Shown in pieces: positions 1 through 10,872 of a stretch of 64,000 bases of DNA. Every line of letters begins with the position of its first letter. The stretch's first letter is position 1. The notes beneath the pieces were generated by a model, which did not search any database, was not told the origin of the DNA, and was given only the letters and a program-made list of their open reading frames with translations. A program made the translations under genes and the position numbers. The stretch is from NCBI GenBank assembly GCA_913045205.1, contig CAJWQF010000004.1, positions 3,704 to 67,703 of the forward strand, read 5' to 3'. Source of the stretch: an uncultured Gammaproteobacteria bacterium. Lineage in GTDB: Bacteria; Pseudomonadota; Gammaproteobacteria; Pseudomonadales; Azotimanducaceae.

Positions 1-2226
1 TACGACAGTGGGGGCAACTCCTACCTAGCGACGATTTACTACGTAAAAACAGCAAACGCAACTGCTAACTCGCCAACAAACAAATACCAGACCTATGTAT
101 TCGTCGGCGACGATCAGGTGAATCCAGCGCTACAGCAGGCTACGGACGAAAATGGTGAACTGCTTTACGTCAATAAATACGGAGTGCTTAAGCCGTTTTC
201 TCAAGTTGAGGATTTGTTGGTAAACCGAAAAACTCAAAAATTCTCGTTAGATGATCTAACCGATGTGCGCACTTCAGTGCCCGCCACTGTAGAGGGAGCT
301 AAGATACCGGAGGATTTGACCGCAGACCAAGGCTTTAACTTTCAGACTGGTTTGAGTGACGCGGGTGTGCCCTTTACCGAGGCTGAACTGACGAGCTTTA
401 TGACCGTCGATGTGGATAATTCTGGCAATCCGGCAACTGTTGATCTTTCTGCCTTGGCAGATAACAACCGCAATTATACAGGCGTCGAGCTCGCCTCGAT
501 CATACAGAACCAGCTGAACATAAAATTTGGCGACGAACGTTTTTTTGATTTGACAACTGCTAGCTCGCGAACCTTTAACGTGAAATTCACGACTGGGGGC
601 GCCCCATCAGTGGCCAATATCGATTTAGGTGACGATTTTGCCGAAGATGCGCAACGGCTGACTGCGACAGCAGAGCAGGTAGTTGCTGCTATCCAAAGGC
701 AGTTAGATAACGACTTGCCGGCGGGAGCAGTGACTGTTGCCTACGATTACTCAAACCGGGAGTTCACTTTCACACCCGATGATTCTTCGGATACGGTCGA
801 GTTAGATTCAACCGCCACCAATAATTTATTTAAAACGACACCAACTCTGGTAAGTGTCGATTCAAACGGTTCTTATGGTCAAACTGTTACACCCAACGGC
901 GCGCTGCAACGGGTCACTAATGAGCAGCGTTATGGCATCAAAGTTGAGTACGACGGCGCGAGACAAACCTTTTCATTTTCTTCTGGTACTACCGGGGACA
1001 CCTCCCAAATCGATGTCAATTTCGCTGTTCCAACCTTTGATGCGGACGGGAGCCCTAGCTTGGACGCTAACAGTGACCCCGTCCTGGGAGCTAACTTAAA
1101 CGCTGCAGACTTCATGGGCTTTGAAGTAACAACAACAGCGGATTCATTGTATTCGGAACTGCCTTCAGCTGAAGCGGTGCGCGGGGTCGTCTCGCTGCCG
1201 GCCATCAGCCGTGGTTCCTCGATCGCGGTTAACGTAAACAACAACTTCTCGGTCGATGCTTCCAATAACACCTTTGTGGTTTCCGTGGATGACGTTAAAG
1301 GAACGTTGGTGTTACCAACGGGTTCGGGCTATACCTTAGATAGTTTCATTATCGAGCTCGAAAAGGGAATCAATCAGCTGGCCTCAGAAAACGGCAACAC
1401 CGTTTCCGGGGTGCAGGTGGAATATGACCCTGAATCTAATGGCCTAGTTTTCACATCCGGCACAACTGGCACAGACTCTTTTATCAAAGTGTCCGGTTCC
1501 GCAACTTGGGGTCTGGCTAACATCGGATCTGGTCGAGGTACCACTACTACCTGGATAAAACCTTCCCAATCAGCAGACACGGTGAATGGCGTATCCGTGA
1601 ACAAGTACATCGATGAATTTGGTGTTGAAACAGCCAGTGCTGATGGCTTCTCTACGCTGCCCGAGTTCTCGCCCATATTCCTGGACAAAGGTGAGTTAAC
1701 CTTCGATACGTCGGGTAACTTGGTATCGCCTACCGGTGGCGCTCAGTTAGATACGGTGTTTTTGGCAGGTGGCCGCGGTGCATTGAACTTGAGTATCGAC
1801 TACACCGGCACCACCCAGTTCTCTCAAGCTTTCGCAGTAAAAGCCCAGTCCCAAGACGGCTCTCCCGAAGGTGACTTGGTGGGTGTGGACATTGGTGACG
1901 ATGGCCTTGTTGTAGCCAGTTACTCAAATGGCTCTCAGGAGTCCCTAGGTAAAATCGTTTTGACAACCTTCGCCAGTAACGAGGGTCTGCGTCAGAACGG
2001 TGACAGTTCCTATTTGTCATCGGCAAAATCTGGTGCAGCGACCTTTGGTGAGGCCGGAACCGCAGGCTTTGGAACCATTCGCGCTGGTGCGCGGGAGCGC
2101 TCGAATGTGGATCTGACCACTGAACTGGTTGGTTTGATTACAGCTCAGCGAAACTTCCAGGCTAATGCCAAGGCGATTGAAACCTCGTCGGCCCTGACCT
2201 CCGCCATTATCAACATCCGAAGCTAG
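1..2226 (+). CDS. flgE: Flagellar hook protein FlgE, very large, 5'-truncated by the window edge (>741 aa)
   Basis: Frame is open from base 1 (YDSGGNSYLATIYYVKT, an FlgE YDSLG-like motif). C-terminus GARERSNVDLTTELVGLITAQRNFQANAKAIET. Upstream of flgF. Confidence 0.93.
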   Translation, partial: YDSGGNSYLATIYYVKTANATANSPTNKYQTYVFVGDDQVNPALQQATDENGELLYVNKYGVLKPFSQVEDLLVNRKTQKFSLDDLTDVRTSVPATVEGAKIPEDLTADQGFNFQTGLSDAGVPFTEAELTSFMTVDVDNSGNPATVDLSALADNNRNYTGVELASIIQNQLNIKFGDERFFDLTTASSRTFNVKFTTGGAPSVANIDLGDDFAEDAQRLTATAEQVVAAIQRQLDNDLPAGAVTVAYDYSNREFTFTPDDSSDTVELDSTATNNLFKTTPTLVSVDSNGSYGQTVTPNGALQRVTNEQRYGIKVEYDGARQTFSFSSGTTGDTSQIDVNFAVPTFDADGSPSLDANSDPVLGANLNAADFMGFEVTTTADSLYSELPSAEAVRGVVSLPAISRGSSIAVNVNNNFSVDASNNTFVVSVDDVKGTLVLPTGSGYTLDSFIIELEKGINQLASENGNTVSGVQVEYDPESNGLVFTSGTTGTDSFIKVSGSATWGLANIGSGRGTTTTWIKPSQSADTVNGVSVNKYIDEFGVETASADGFSTLPEFSPIFLDKGELTFDTSGNLVSPTGGAQLDTVFLAGGRGALNLSIDYTGTTQFSQAFAVKAQSQDGSPEGDLVGVDIGDDGLVVASYSNGSQESLGKIVLTTFASNEGLRQNGDSSYLSSAKSGAATFGEAGTAGFGTIRAGARERSNVDLTTELVGLITAQRNFQANAKAIETSSALTSAIINIRS

Positions 2227-2239
2227 TAGGTAGTCGGCA

Positions 2240-2998
2240 ATGGATAAAGGCATATATACAGCGGTGGGTTCGATAAACGCCCAGCGCATGCGCGAAACTA
2301 ATTCCGTGCACGAATTGGCCAACGTATCGACGATTGGTTTCAAAAAAGCCTATCAAATGGCGTTGCAAAGTTATCGAGTCGATGGCGACGGCTTCAAAAC
2401 ACGTTTTCTAGCAACTAACGCGCCTACTGGTACGGTCAATCTAACACCGGGCAGTCGCATTGCCACGGGCAACGCTACGGATATTTTCATGAACGGCAAA
2501 ACAGTACTTGGCGTTCAGAATGACGCCGGGGAGGTAGCCTTTACCCGCCGCGGCGACCTGCTTATTAACCAAAACGGTGAGTTGGCCCTGGTGACCGGGG
2601 AGCCGGTGATGAACGATGCCGGTGGTGTGATCTTGCCTCCGCAAGGCCAGATTTTGAATGTTTCCGATGAAGGCGTGATCTACGCCGTTGACCCCGAGCA
2701 AGAAGTGGCAGAGCCGCAAGAAATAGATCGGCTGATGCTGCGTGATGCCAGCGCGGTGGCATTAGAGAAGATGGAAGACGGCCTGTTTAAAGTTTTAGGA
2801 CAGCCCGCTGGCGACTTTGAAACCGGACCTGAGCAGGTGTCGGTATCCAGTGGTCAGCTCGAAGGCAGTTCGGCGAACGCGATGGAAACCATGGTCGAAA
2901 TGATGAACGGCGTACGTAGTTTTGAAATGAAAATGAAGCTCGTCAAAGAACTCGGCGACCTAGGTGATTCAAACAATACGTTAATGCGGTTGAGCTAA
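2240..2998 (+). CDS. flgF: Flagellar basal-body rod protein FlgF
   Basis: MDKGIYTA...ELANVSTIGFK, FTRRGDL, C-terminal LEGSSANAMETMVEM; lies between flgE and flgG. Confidence 0.92.
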   Translation: MDKGIYTAVGSINAQRMRETNSVHELANVSTIGFKKAYQMALQSYRVDGDGFKTRFLATNAPTGTVNLTPGSRIATGNATDIFMNGKTVLGVQNDAGEVAFTRRGDLLINQNGELALVTGEPVMNDAGGVILPPQGQILNVSDEGVIYAVDPEQEVAEPQEIDRLMLRDASAVALEKMEDGLFKVLGQPAGDFETGPEQVSVSSGQLEGSSANAMETMVEMMNGVRSFEMKMKLVKELGDLGDSNNTLMRLS

Positions 2999-3076
2999 TT
3001 ACTTAGCTTCACGCGCGATTACATACGAATAAGAAAACGATCCAAACAGGATCAAGTCAAGGATTAAGGAAAGACT

Positions 3077-3862
3077 ATGGATGCTTCACTGTGGGTTGCG
3101 AAAACCGGATTAAACGCTCAGCAAACGCGTATGAGTGTCATCTCCAACAACCTCGCCAACGTCAATACCAATGGTTTTAAACGCGACCGAGCGGTATTCG
3201 AAGATCTGTTGTACCAGAACATTCGTCAGGCTGGTGGCCAAACGGGTGCCGATACTAATGCGCCAAATGGCTTCATGCTAGGTACCGGTACGCGCATCGT
3301 CGCCACAGAAAAGATGCAGGGCCAAGGCAATATGATTGCCACCGAAAATGCCCTAGACCTAGCCGTAGAAGGGCCGGGTTTGTTTCAGATATTGCAGCCT
3401 GACGGCACCTTGGCATACACCCGGGACGGCAGCTTTAAGTTGTCGCAGAACGGCGAGCTAGTAAATAGCGCAGGTTATCTGCTACAGCCGCAGGTCGTGA
3501 TTCCACAGGAAGCCGCGAGCATCTCTGTGGGCACTGATGGGACGGTTAGTGTTGAACTGGCCAACGGCGCTGGTAACCAGCAGATCGGTCAGATCCAGGT
3601 AGCGCGCTTTATCAATGCCTCTGGCTTGGAATCCTTAGGCCAGAATCTTTTTCGTGAAACTCAAGCCAGCGGCCCACCCATTGTTCTGGTACCCGGTGAG
3701 CAGGGTGCTGGTCGTATTGCCCAAGGAATGTTGGAGGCATCTAACGTCAACGTGGTGGAAGAGCTGGTCAATATGATCGAGACCCAGCGCGCCTACGAGG
3801 TGAATTCCAAGGCGATATCCGCCGTGGACTCCATGCTGCGCTTCCTTAACAACAACCTATAG
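3077..3862 (+). CDS. flgG: Flagellar distal rod protein FlgG
   Basis: SLWVAKTGLNAQQ...NNLANVNTNGFKRDRAVFEDLLYQ; LEASNVNVVEELVNMIETQRAYE. Confidence 0.97.
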   Translation: MDASLWVAKTGLNAQQTRMSVISNNLANVNTNGFKRDRAVFEDLLYQNIRQAGGQTGADTNAPNGFMLGTGTRIVATEKMQGQGNMIATENALDLAVEGPGLFQILQPDGTLAYTRDGSFKLSQNGELVNSAGYLLQPQVVIPQEAASISVGTDGTVSVELANGAGNQQIGQIQVARFINASGLESLGQNLFRETQASGPPIVLVPGEQGAGRIAQGMLEASNVNVVEELVNMIETQRAYEVNSKAISAVDSMLRFLNNNL

Positions 3863-3870
3863 GCGTACTG

Positions 3871-4566
3871 ATGCGCAACGTTAAATCCCTATTTCTGGCT
3901 CTCGCAACCCTAAGCGTGGCGAGCGGCTGCGTGACGCCAAGTGTTGCGCCAATTCTGCGCGAAGAAGCGTTTGAGCCAGTAACACCAGTGATGCCGGAAG
4001 AGATCACTTCCATTACCGGATCGATTTTTGCCGACAGCAGTGCGCGTTACCGGTTTGGTTACAAACAGAATTTTCAAGTCGGCGACATCATTACCGTAGT
4101 GCTTACCGAGGCCACTCAAGCTCAGCGCCAAAGCGGCGTCGAAACCACTCGCGAAGGTACCAATGGCCCATTAAGCGCCATCCAAGGCGCCTTTGGTCTG
4201 CAGGCCAATCGCTTTCAGAAAGCCGCTAAAGCCATACCTTTTACCGATTTGACCGTTGAATCCAAGGGTTCTGGTACCGCCAATCAAGCCGCATCCCTGA
4301 GCGGTGCCATCGCGGCAACTGTGATTCAGGTGCTGCCGAACGATAGCCTGCTCATCAAGGGCCAAAAGCGCCTAACGCTGAGCGAAGGCAGCGAGACTAT
4401 TCAATTGCTTGGCCTAGTCAACAAGCGCGATGTGCAGCCGGACAACACCGTGCTGTCATCACGATTGGCCAATGCGCGTATTTCCTATGAAGGCTCCGGT
4501 GACTTATCCGCGGTAGCCAAGGTGCCATGGGGCACCAACGTCTTTAACAAAGTTTGGCCTTTTTAA
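3871..4566 (+). CDS. flgH: Flagellar L-ring lipoprotein FlgH
   Basis: Lipobox VASGC, VGDIITVVL, LANARISYEGSG, C-terminal WPF. Confidence 0.93.
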   Translation: MRNVKSLFLALATLSVASGCVTPSVAPILREEAFEPVTPVMPEEITSITGSIFADSSARYRFGYKQNFQVGDIITVVLTEATQAQRQSGVETTREGTNGPLSAIQGAFGLQANRFQKAAKAIPFTDLTVESKGSGTANQAASLSGAIAATVIQVLPNDSLLIKGQKRLTLSEGSETIQLLGLVNKRDVQPDNTVLSSRLANARISYEGSGDLSAVAKVPWGTNVFNKVWPF

Positions 4567-5738
4567 TGAGCATTTATAAAATCAAATTCTGGATCCTTGC
4601 CCTGTCGCTGGTAATGCAGCCGGTGCTGATCAATCAGGCTGTCGCTGACCGTATCAAGGACCTCACTTCTGTGGCCGGTGCACGTTCGAACCAGCTAATC
4701 GGCTACGGTTTGGTGGTTGGTCTGCAGGGTACCGGTGACGAGGACAAAATATCCTTTACCGCACAAAGTCTAAAGAAAGTGCTAGATCGTCTGGGCGTCG
4801 ATGTTGACGGTCCGATTTCTAACTACGATCTGTTCAATCGCGGCGTTGCCAATCTTGCTTACGACAAAACCAAGCTCGATAACGTAGCCTCAGTATTGGT
4901 CACCGCGACGTTACCAGCCTTCGCTAAGCCGGGTCAGACCGTCGATGTGAACGTGGCGACCATTGGTCTGGCCAGCAGCCTGCGCGGCGGCAACTTGATA
5001 CTTACCGAGCTGCGCGGTGCAGACGGAGAGATTTATGCGCTGGCCCAAGGCCCGCTCACAACCACAGGCATTGAGGTCGATGCGGCGGGTACCGAGATTA
5101 ATATCGGCGTACCCACCACGGCCCGAGTGCCCAACGGTGGCATTGTCGAGCGCGCCGTAAAGACGCCATTTGGTCAGTCTGAATTCATAGTGTTGAATAC
5201 CCATCAGACCGACTTCACCACCGTAAGCGCTATCTCAGATGCTATTAACGGTAAGTTTGGCATCGGCACCGCGAATGCGCTGGATGCTCGATCTGTCGCA
5301 GTTCGCGCCCCCATGGGCTTGCCAGAACGCGTTGGCTTTCTCAGCATGATCGAAAATATGGATGTTATCCCAGGTGAGCCAAAAGCGCGGGTGGTGGTGA
5401 ATTCCCGCACCGGCACCGTAGTGATTAGTCGCACGGTGAAAGTGACGGCCGCGGCGGTGACTCAAGGCAGTTTGTCGGTGTCCATCGCCGCAACCAACGA
5501 AGTCGTGCAGCCGGAAGCCGGCCTATTTGGCGGCGGTGGTGAAGCCGTAGCGGTGCAAAACGCAGACATTGAAGTGGTTGAAGAAGTGAACCCAATGTTC
5601 CTTTTTCAACCCGGCGTAGACCTACGGGACATTGTTGAAGCAGTGAACCAAGTGGGCGCAAGCCCGTCCTCATTAATCGCAATTCTCGAAGCGCTGAAAA
5701 GCTCTGGTAGCTTGCGCGCCGAGCTGTTGGTGATTTAA
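4566..5738 (+). CDS. flgI: Flagellar P-ring protein FlgI
   Basis: RIKDL...RSNQLIGYGLVVGLQGTGD, ILEALKSSGSLRAEL. ATG overlaps the flgH stop (TAATG). Confidence 0.96.
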   Translation: MSIYKIKFWILALSLVMQPVLINQAVADRIKDLTSVAGARSNQLIGYGLVVGLQGTGDEDKISFTAQSLKKVLDRLGVDVDGPISNYDLFNRGVANLAYDKTKLDNVASVLVTATLPAFAKPGQTVDVNVATIGLASSLRGGNLILTELRGADGEIYALAQGPLTTTGIEVDAAGTEINIGVPTTARVPNGGIVERAVKTPFGQSEFIVLNTHQTDFTTVSAISDAINGKFGIGTANALDARSVAVRAPMGLPERVGFLSMIENMDVIPGEPKARVVVNSRTGTVVISRTVKVTAAAVTQGSLSVSIAATNEVVQPEAGLFGGGGEAVAVQNADIEVVEEVNPMFLFQPGVDLRDIVEAVNQVGASPSSLIAILEALKSSGSLRAELLVI

Positions 5739-5742
5739 GCCC

Positions 5743-6183
5743 ATGTCTGACGCCATAACACCAGATCCAAGAATGACCAACGCCATGGACTTTGCTGGCC
5801 TTGCGCAAATGCGCGCGGGTGCCGCGCGCGGCGATGAAAAGGTCACTAAGGAAGTCGCCCAACAGTTTGAGTCAATTTTTATCAACATGATGCTCAAAAG
5901 CATGCGCGAGGCGACAGATCGCTCGGGCCTGCTAGATTCCGAAGCGACCAAAACCTACGAGTCTATGTTCGATCAGCAAATGTCCACCGAACTGGCGGCG
6001 AACGGAACCTTTGGTATCGCTCAGGCGTTACAGAACCAATTGAATACAAACCCACAGTCCGCAGCGAAGGGCGAACCCATGCCGCTACCCCAGGCGCGCG
6101 GACTTGAGCTGAAACAAAATTCAGATGCCTATGAGCTGCGACGCAGCACTCAGGCTCTGACGCTGGATCGGGGTAATCGATGA
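5743..6183 (+). CDS. flgJ: Short FlgJ, rod-capping domain only, no muramidase
   Basis: EVAQQFESIFINMMLKSMREA...YESMFDQQMS; 146 aa; lies between flgI and flgK. Confidence 0.9.
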   Translation: MSDAITPDPRMTNAMDFAGLAQMRAGAARGDEKVTKEVAQQFESIFINMMLKSMREATDRSGLLDSEATKTYESMFDQQMSTELAANGTFGIAQALQNQLNTNPQSAAKGEPMPLPQARGLELKQNSDAYELRRSTQALTLDRGNR

Positions 6184-9176
6184 CCGATCTTATCTCAATA
6201 GGCAGTTCTGCCGTTCGCAACAGCCAAATGGCGTTGTCCGTTGTCAGCAATAACATTGCCAACGTCAACACCGATGGCTACGTGCGCCAAGACCTCGATC
6301 TGCGGGAAAACCTACCAACCAAGAACGGCTTATTCTTCCTTGGTAGTGGTGCCATCGCCGATGGCGTGCGCAGGGCCTATGACGGCCAGGTGGAATCGTC
6401 GCTGCGTGTTAGTATCAGCGACCTCAATGCTCAGTCGCCGCTCATTGAAAATACTGAGCGGCTGATCAACGTCTTTGGCAACAAAAACGCCTCCCTGACA
6501 CCGGCGCTTGGCAGCTTCTTTGACAGCCTGCGCGCGCTCAGCGTTGACGCCTCTTCGGAGGTATTGCGCAACCAGGTTATTAGCGATGGCCAAACTCTGT
6601 CAGCACGATTCAATGGCCTAGCCACCCAGCTAGACGGCCTTGACGTTGAGACTCAGCAACTGGCTGACGACAAGGTGAAAACCTTCAACGCGCTTGCCGA
6701 ACAATTAGCGACGGTTAACGGAAATCTGGCAAAAGTTTCAGATATTGCAAAACAACCTGCCGACCTATTGGACAGTCGCGACCAAGTGCTGCGCCAGATG
6801 GCGGCAATTACCCGAATCTCTGTCCGCGAAAGCACCAATGGCCAAGTCAACGTAGGTGTTGGCACCAGTGCCGATCAGGCTCTAGTGGTCGATGGACTGA
6901 AATCAATACCGGTGGGCATGAGCTATTTGGCGGGCACCCCGAGTCGTTCTGTTTTGCAGCTGAGCCCTTATGATGAACCGACCAACCTAACGGGTTTTGT
7001 CGGTGGCGAATTGGGTGGAATATTAGCCTTTCGTGACCAGATGCTAGCGCCAGCAATGGCTAAGCTCGATGACATTGCCTCGACCTTCATTGACGAAATC
7101 AACAGCGCCCATGCAAAGGGTATGGACCTAACAGAAAGCGCTGGCAAGGCGCTGTTTACCAGCGCTCCCGACTATACGATTGACTACAGCATGGCCAAGG
7201 GAGGCTCCACGGTAACCGTTGCCGTTGAGCAAGAATCTGCGGCAAATTTGCGCTCGCTAAATCTAGCCTATGACCCCGTAACCGCCCGCTGGATGGCAGA
7301 AGACATCCAGTCAGGCACGCGATCTTTTTCGGCAGGGGTTCCAGCACAGGTAAAAATAAACGGCATTGCCATTACCATTAGCGGCGCAGGCCAAAGCGGT
7401 GACATCATCAGCTTGGCAGGTGAACTGCGACCGTCGCGCTCAATCAGCATGGCCATTGATGATCCAAAGGCCTTGGCCGCTGGCGACCTGTTTCGGGTAT
7501 CGAAGAGCGTTGCCAACATCAGTGAAGCCAGCGCCACCATACGACAAATTGAAAATGCTGGGGCAAATGGCACCATTCCCGCCCTCGACACGCTGCTTGT
7601 TAATAATATCAACGACTCGGCAGCACTGACGGTAAGCACCAGCTATTCGCTGGCGAAAACCATCGTGCCCGCGGGAACCTCAAACCTACAGCTGTCCATG
7701 AACAGAAGCGCTAGCAGTGACGCAGAATTACAGGTGTTCACCCGCGACGGTCGTCATCTGTTCGGCAGTGCATTAACCACTGCCCAACGTAGCGTCATGC
7801 TCAGCGAGCAAAATGGTTTTGTCACCGGCAGCACCTATAGTGATGCCTATCTTAATGGTGACACGACCTATCTGAACAAAGGATGGTCTCTGGGCAGCAC
7901 AGGCAATGCGCTGATTGAGACCGCGGAAGACGGCAGCTCGGTACTGACTGCAGAGGCGATGATCAGCGGCTCAGCACTGCCCAGCCTAACGAATACTGGT
8001 GCTAGCCCAATGACAGTGATTGCCGCAGGCGCGCTGCAACTTGACGGGGTCGATCTGCCAGCGCTGGAACTTGCAGCCGGTGCCAGCCTCTCGACCAGCG
8101 CAGTAAGTAGTTGGCTAAATTCGGCCATCAGTACTGCCAGTCAGGCGCTAACGGCAACCGCAGTGAATGAGATCCGAATTCCAGCCAACGAAATTTCTAG
8201 CACCACTGGCGCATTGACTATAAATGACGCGACCATTGCCAACGCGTCGCCGATCACCAGCATGACGGAGCTGGTCAACAACATCAATGCAGCAAAGAAT
8301 GACACCGGTGGGGTAGAGGCAAGACTGGATTTTGACGGTTCATTGATCCTCTCCAATGCACAAGGATCGGAAGCGCAAACCATTTCTCTTGGCACAGGTA
8401 GCGGAGTTTTCACCGGTATATCTGGCGACATTCAGGCCAGTATCAATATCACCGCCACGCGTAGCGCTGGCGATACTAGCGCGCGCAGCGTGGCGTTAAC
8501 CTTGGGTCAAACTGGCAGCGCAGCAGATCTGGCAAAGATAGGCTTCGCTGCAACGTTAACGGTTGCAGACACGGTGAGCGAAGACCTGATCGTCTTTACC
8601 ACCGGTTCTGTTGGTAATGCGGCTGCGCTAAGTACCAGCTTTGAAAAAGGCACAGCAGACCCGCTGCAGTTACGGTCGTCGCCTTTTCAGATTAATTTCA
8701 CTTCTGACAGCGTCTATCAGATTAAAGATACGACGACGAATACCGTGTTAGCCCAGCGCACCTATGTCGCCGGCCAGCCGATTGAGTATCAAAACTTGCA
8801 GGTCATTTTGAACGGCGCACCACTGTCTGGTGATGTGTTCAGCGTTGACGACAACGGCGATGGTTTTGGCAGCAACGAGAACCTGCTGCGCTTAATCGAT
8901 TTAGAGTCTGCCAAGGTACTTGGTAATAACGACACCCTGCACGAATCCTATTTGGGGTTACTGAACCAAGCAGGTAGTACTGCCCGGCAAGCTCAGGTAA
9001 CCCAACAGGCTTTGCAGGTGGCCTATGAACAAGCAAACACAGCCCGCGACAAGGTCGCCGGCGTGAACTTGGACGAAGAAGCCGCCAATCTCATTCGCTT
9101 TCAGCAGTCGTACCAAGCATCAGCGCGTCTGATACAAACCGCTAATCAGCTGTTTGACCAGATTCTGCGACTGTAA
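6180..9176 (+). CDS. flgK: Hook-associated protein FlgK, enlarged (998 aa)
   Basis: VSNNIANVNTDGYVRQ; C-terminal GVNLDEEAANLIRFQQSYQASARLI. Confidence 0.95.
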   Translation: MTDLISIGSSAVRNSQMALSVVSNNIANVNTDGYVRQDLDLRENLPTKNGLFFLGSGAIADGVRRAYDGQVESSLRVSISDLNAQSPLIENTERLINVFGNKNASLTPALGSFFDSLRALSVDASSEVLRNQVISDGQTLSARFNGLATQLDGLDVETQQLADDKVKTFNALAEQLATVNGNLAKVSDIAKQPADLLDSRDQVLRQMAAITRISVRESTNGQVNVGVGTSADQALVVDGLKSIPVGMSYLAGTPSRSVLQLSPYDEPTNLTGFVGGELGGILAFRDQMLAPAMAKLDDIASTFIDEINSAHAKGMDLTESAGKALFTSAPDYTIDYSMAKGGSTVTVAVEQESAANLRSLNLAYDPVTARWMAEDIQSGTRSFSAGVPAQVKINGIAITISGAGQSGDIISLAGELRPSRSISMAIDDPKALAAGDLFRVSKSVANISEASATIRQIENAGANGTIPALDTLLVNNINDSAALTVSTSYSLAKTIVPAGTSNLQLSMNRSASSDAELQVFTRDGRHLFGSALTTAQRSVMLSEQNGFVTGSTYSDAYLNGDTTYLNKGWSLGSTGNALIETAEDGSSVLTAEAMISGSALPSLTNTGASPMTVIAAGALQLDGVDLPALELAAGASLSTSAVSSWLNSAISTASQALTATAVNEIRIPANEISSTTGALTINDATIANASPITSMTELVNNINAAKNDTGGVEARLDFDGSLILSNAQGSEAQTISLGTGSGVFTGISGDIQASINITATRSAGDTSARSVALTLGQTGSAADLAKIGFAATLTVADTVSEDLIVFTTGSVGNAAALSTSFEKGTADPLQLRSSPFQINFTSDSVYQIKDTTTNTVLAQRTYVAGQPIEYQNLQVILNGAPLSGDVFSVDDNGDGFGSNENLLRLIDLESAKVLGNNDTLHESYLGLLNQAGSTARQAQVTQQALQVAYEQANTARDKVAGVNLDEEAANLIRFQQSYQASARLIQTANQLFDQILRL

Positions 9177-9187
9177 AGGAGATCGCA

Positions 9188-10405
9188 TTGAAAATTTCTA
9201 CAACGCTGAGTTTTCAGCGCTCGTTAAACAGTATGCAAGAAGGTCAGGCCGAGGTTGCTAAAACCCGCGAGCAGTTGGCCACCGGCAAGGCGGTAGTGCG
9301 CCCGAGCGACGACACCATGAAGGTTTCGAGCATCGACAACCTAGATCGCGCCATAGCGAAAGAAGATACCTATGACATGCTCATGGGCCAACTGAAGGAC
9401 CGCTACCAGCTCGAGGAAGCGTCACTGACCAATGGTTCGGACATACTCATCCGCATTCGCGAGTTAGCTGTGCAAGGCGCTAATGCCACGCTGTCAGCCA
9501 AGGACCGCGAAATTATCGCGGTCGAGGTTCAGGGCCTGCGCGATGAGCTGTTGAGCATCGCCAACACCCGGGATGAAAACGGCAACTCCATTTTTGCCGG
9601 TGGTAACACCGAACTAACGGCCTTTAAAACACAAACCGATGGCAGCGTGCTCTATCAGGGCGATGCCCGGCAAACCTACGTTAACGTCAGCGATGAACGG
9701 CAGCTCGGTAAAAACCGTAACGGCCTAGACGTATTTACCTCAGCGGATCGTAACGTGCCTGGTAGCCCGGCTAGCTTTACCATTTCGGTTGCAGATCTCA
9801 GTGAATTTAACACCGCTCAGACGCTTTCTGACGGTGTCACCCGTATTGTTCTGGATCATAGCGGTGCCAATGCACCCCAGGATGCCCAAGACCTACTCAC
9901 AGATATTACAGGTCATGCGAGTTACAGCTCATTCGCCTATACCGCGACGTTGTCTGGAAACGACTTAGTGTTTACTGCCAAAACCAATGGCAGGGTCGCC
10001 ACGGCTGCCGAGCCGACGCTGGATACCATGACAGTCAACCAAGGCAGCGCAGGTGTCGCTGATTCAGTACAGGGGGTTGGCTTCTTTGCGTCACTAGATG
10101 ACTTCATCAGCAGCTTGCAGCAGGACAATACAGCCAACATTCAGCGCGCCTTGGGAGAAATTACCCAGCTGCATGATGGACTTGCGCTGGCCATAGGCAA
10201 GGTTGGCAGTGAGATTCAAAGTGTCGACACCCAAATGGAGATCAATACCGACACGCGGCTGCGGTTACAGAGCATGCTCTCCAATGAGGAAGACTTGGAT
10301 TATGCCGAGGCCATCACACGTTTTAATCAAGAAATGACGAGGCTCGAGGCAACACAAACATCGTTTGCTCAAGTAAGCCGGCTGAGCCTGTTCGAATACC
10401 TCTAG
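9188..10405 (+). CDS. flgL: Hook-associated protein FlgL
   Basis: QLATGKAVVRPSDD, ANTRDENGNSIFAG, DLDYAEAI, LSLFEYL; TTG start. Confidence 0.94.
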   Translation: MKISTTLSFQRSLNSMQEGQAEVAKTREQLATGKAVVRPSDDTMKVSSIDNLDRAIAKEDTYDMLMGQLKDRYQLEEASLTNGSDILIRIRELAVQGANATLSAKDREIIAVEVQGLRDELLSIANTRDENGNSIFAGGNTELTAFKTQTDGSVLYQGDARQTYVNVSDERQLGKNRNGLDVFTSADRNVPGSPASFTISVADLSEFNTAQTLSDGVTRIVLDHSGANAPQDAQDLLTDITGHASYSSFAYTATLSGNDLVFTAKTNGRVATAAEPTLDTMTVNQGSAGVADSVQGVGFFASLDDFISSLQQDNTANIQRALGEITQLHDGLALAIGKVGSEIQSVDTQMEINTDTRLRLQSMLSNEEDLDYAEAITRFNQEMTRLEATQTSFAQVSRLSLFEYL

Positions 10406-10410
10406 CGTTT

Positions 10411-10848
10411 TTAGGCTAGTAGTTCTTTCGACAAATCACCGACACCCTGAGTAACGCCTTGAGCGGGTGCGGACGTTGTGGGCATCAACAGCTTTTCCCA
10501 GCCTTTATGCAGGTCGCACACTAGCAGGCGAATCTCCTGTAGGTCTTCTTCCAGCGGCAGCTGCATGCTGTGATCAATAGAGCGCTTGAGCATATCGAAA
10601 AAGTCATTGAGATGACCGACTAATTGCGGGTCGGGAAGATCCTGAAAGGTACGATTCAAAAAACGCATAAGGTTTTTGGCGTGACGCAGCGAGGTTGCAG
10701 CAGAGGCATGTCGTTGGCCCTGAGCATTGCGTTCTGCAATCGCTAAGCTATTAATCAGTGAGTCGAACAGCCAGTGAATCTCTTGCTGTTTGTCCTCGCT
10801 GAAAATCGCCATGGACTTTATGTACTGCGCAAAATGTGACACATGCAA
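10411..10848 (-). CDS. Divergent FliS-like helical chaperone
   Basis: Pattern LFDSLINSL...SLRHAKNLMRFL...HLNDFFDML...LQEIRLLVCDLHKGW aligns with the FliS fold; own sigma28-type promoter. Start may be ATG 10812. Confidence 0.65.
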   Translation of the reverse strand: MHVSHFAQYIKSMAIFSEDKQQEIHWLFDSLINSLAIAERNAQGQRHASAATSLRHAKNLMRFLNRTFQDLPDPQLVGHLNDFFDMLKRSIDHSMQLPLEEDLQEIRLLVCDLHKGWEKLLMPTTSAPAQGVTQGVGDLSKELLA

Positions 10849-10872
10849 CCTAAATTCTTTGCCTACACCATT

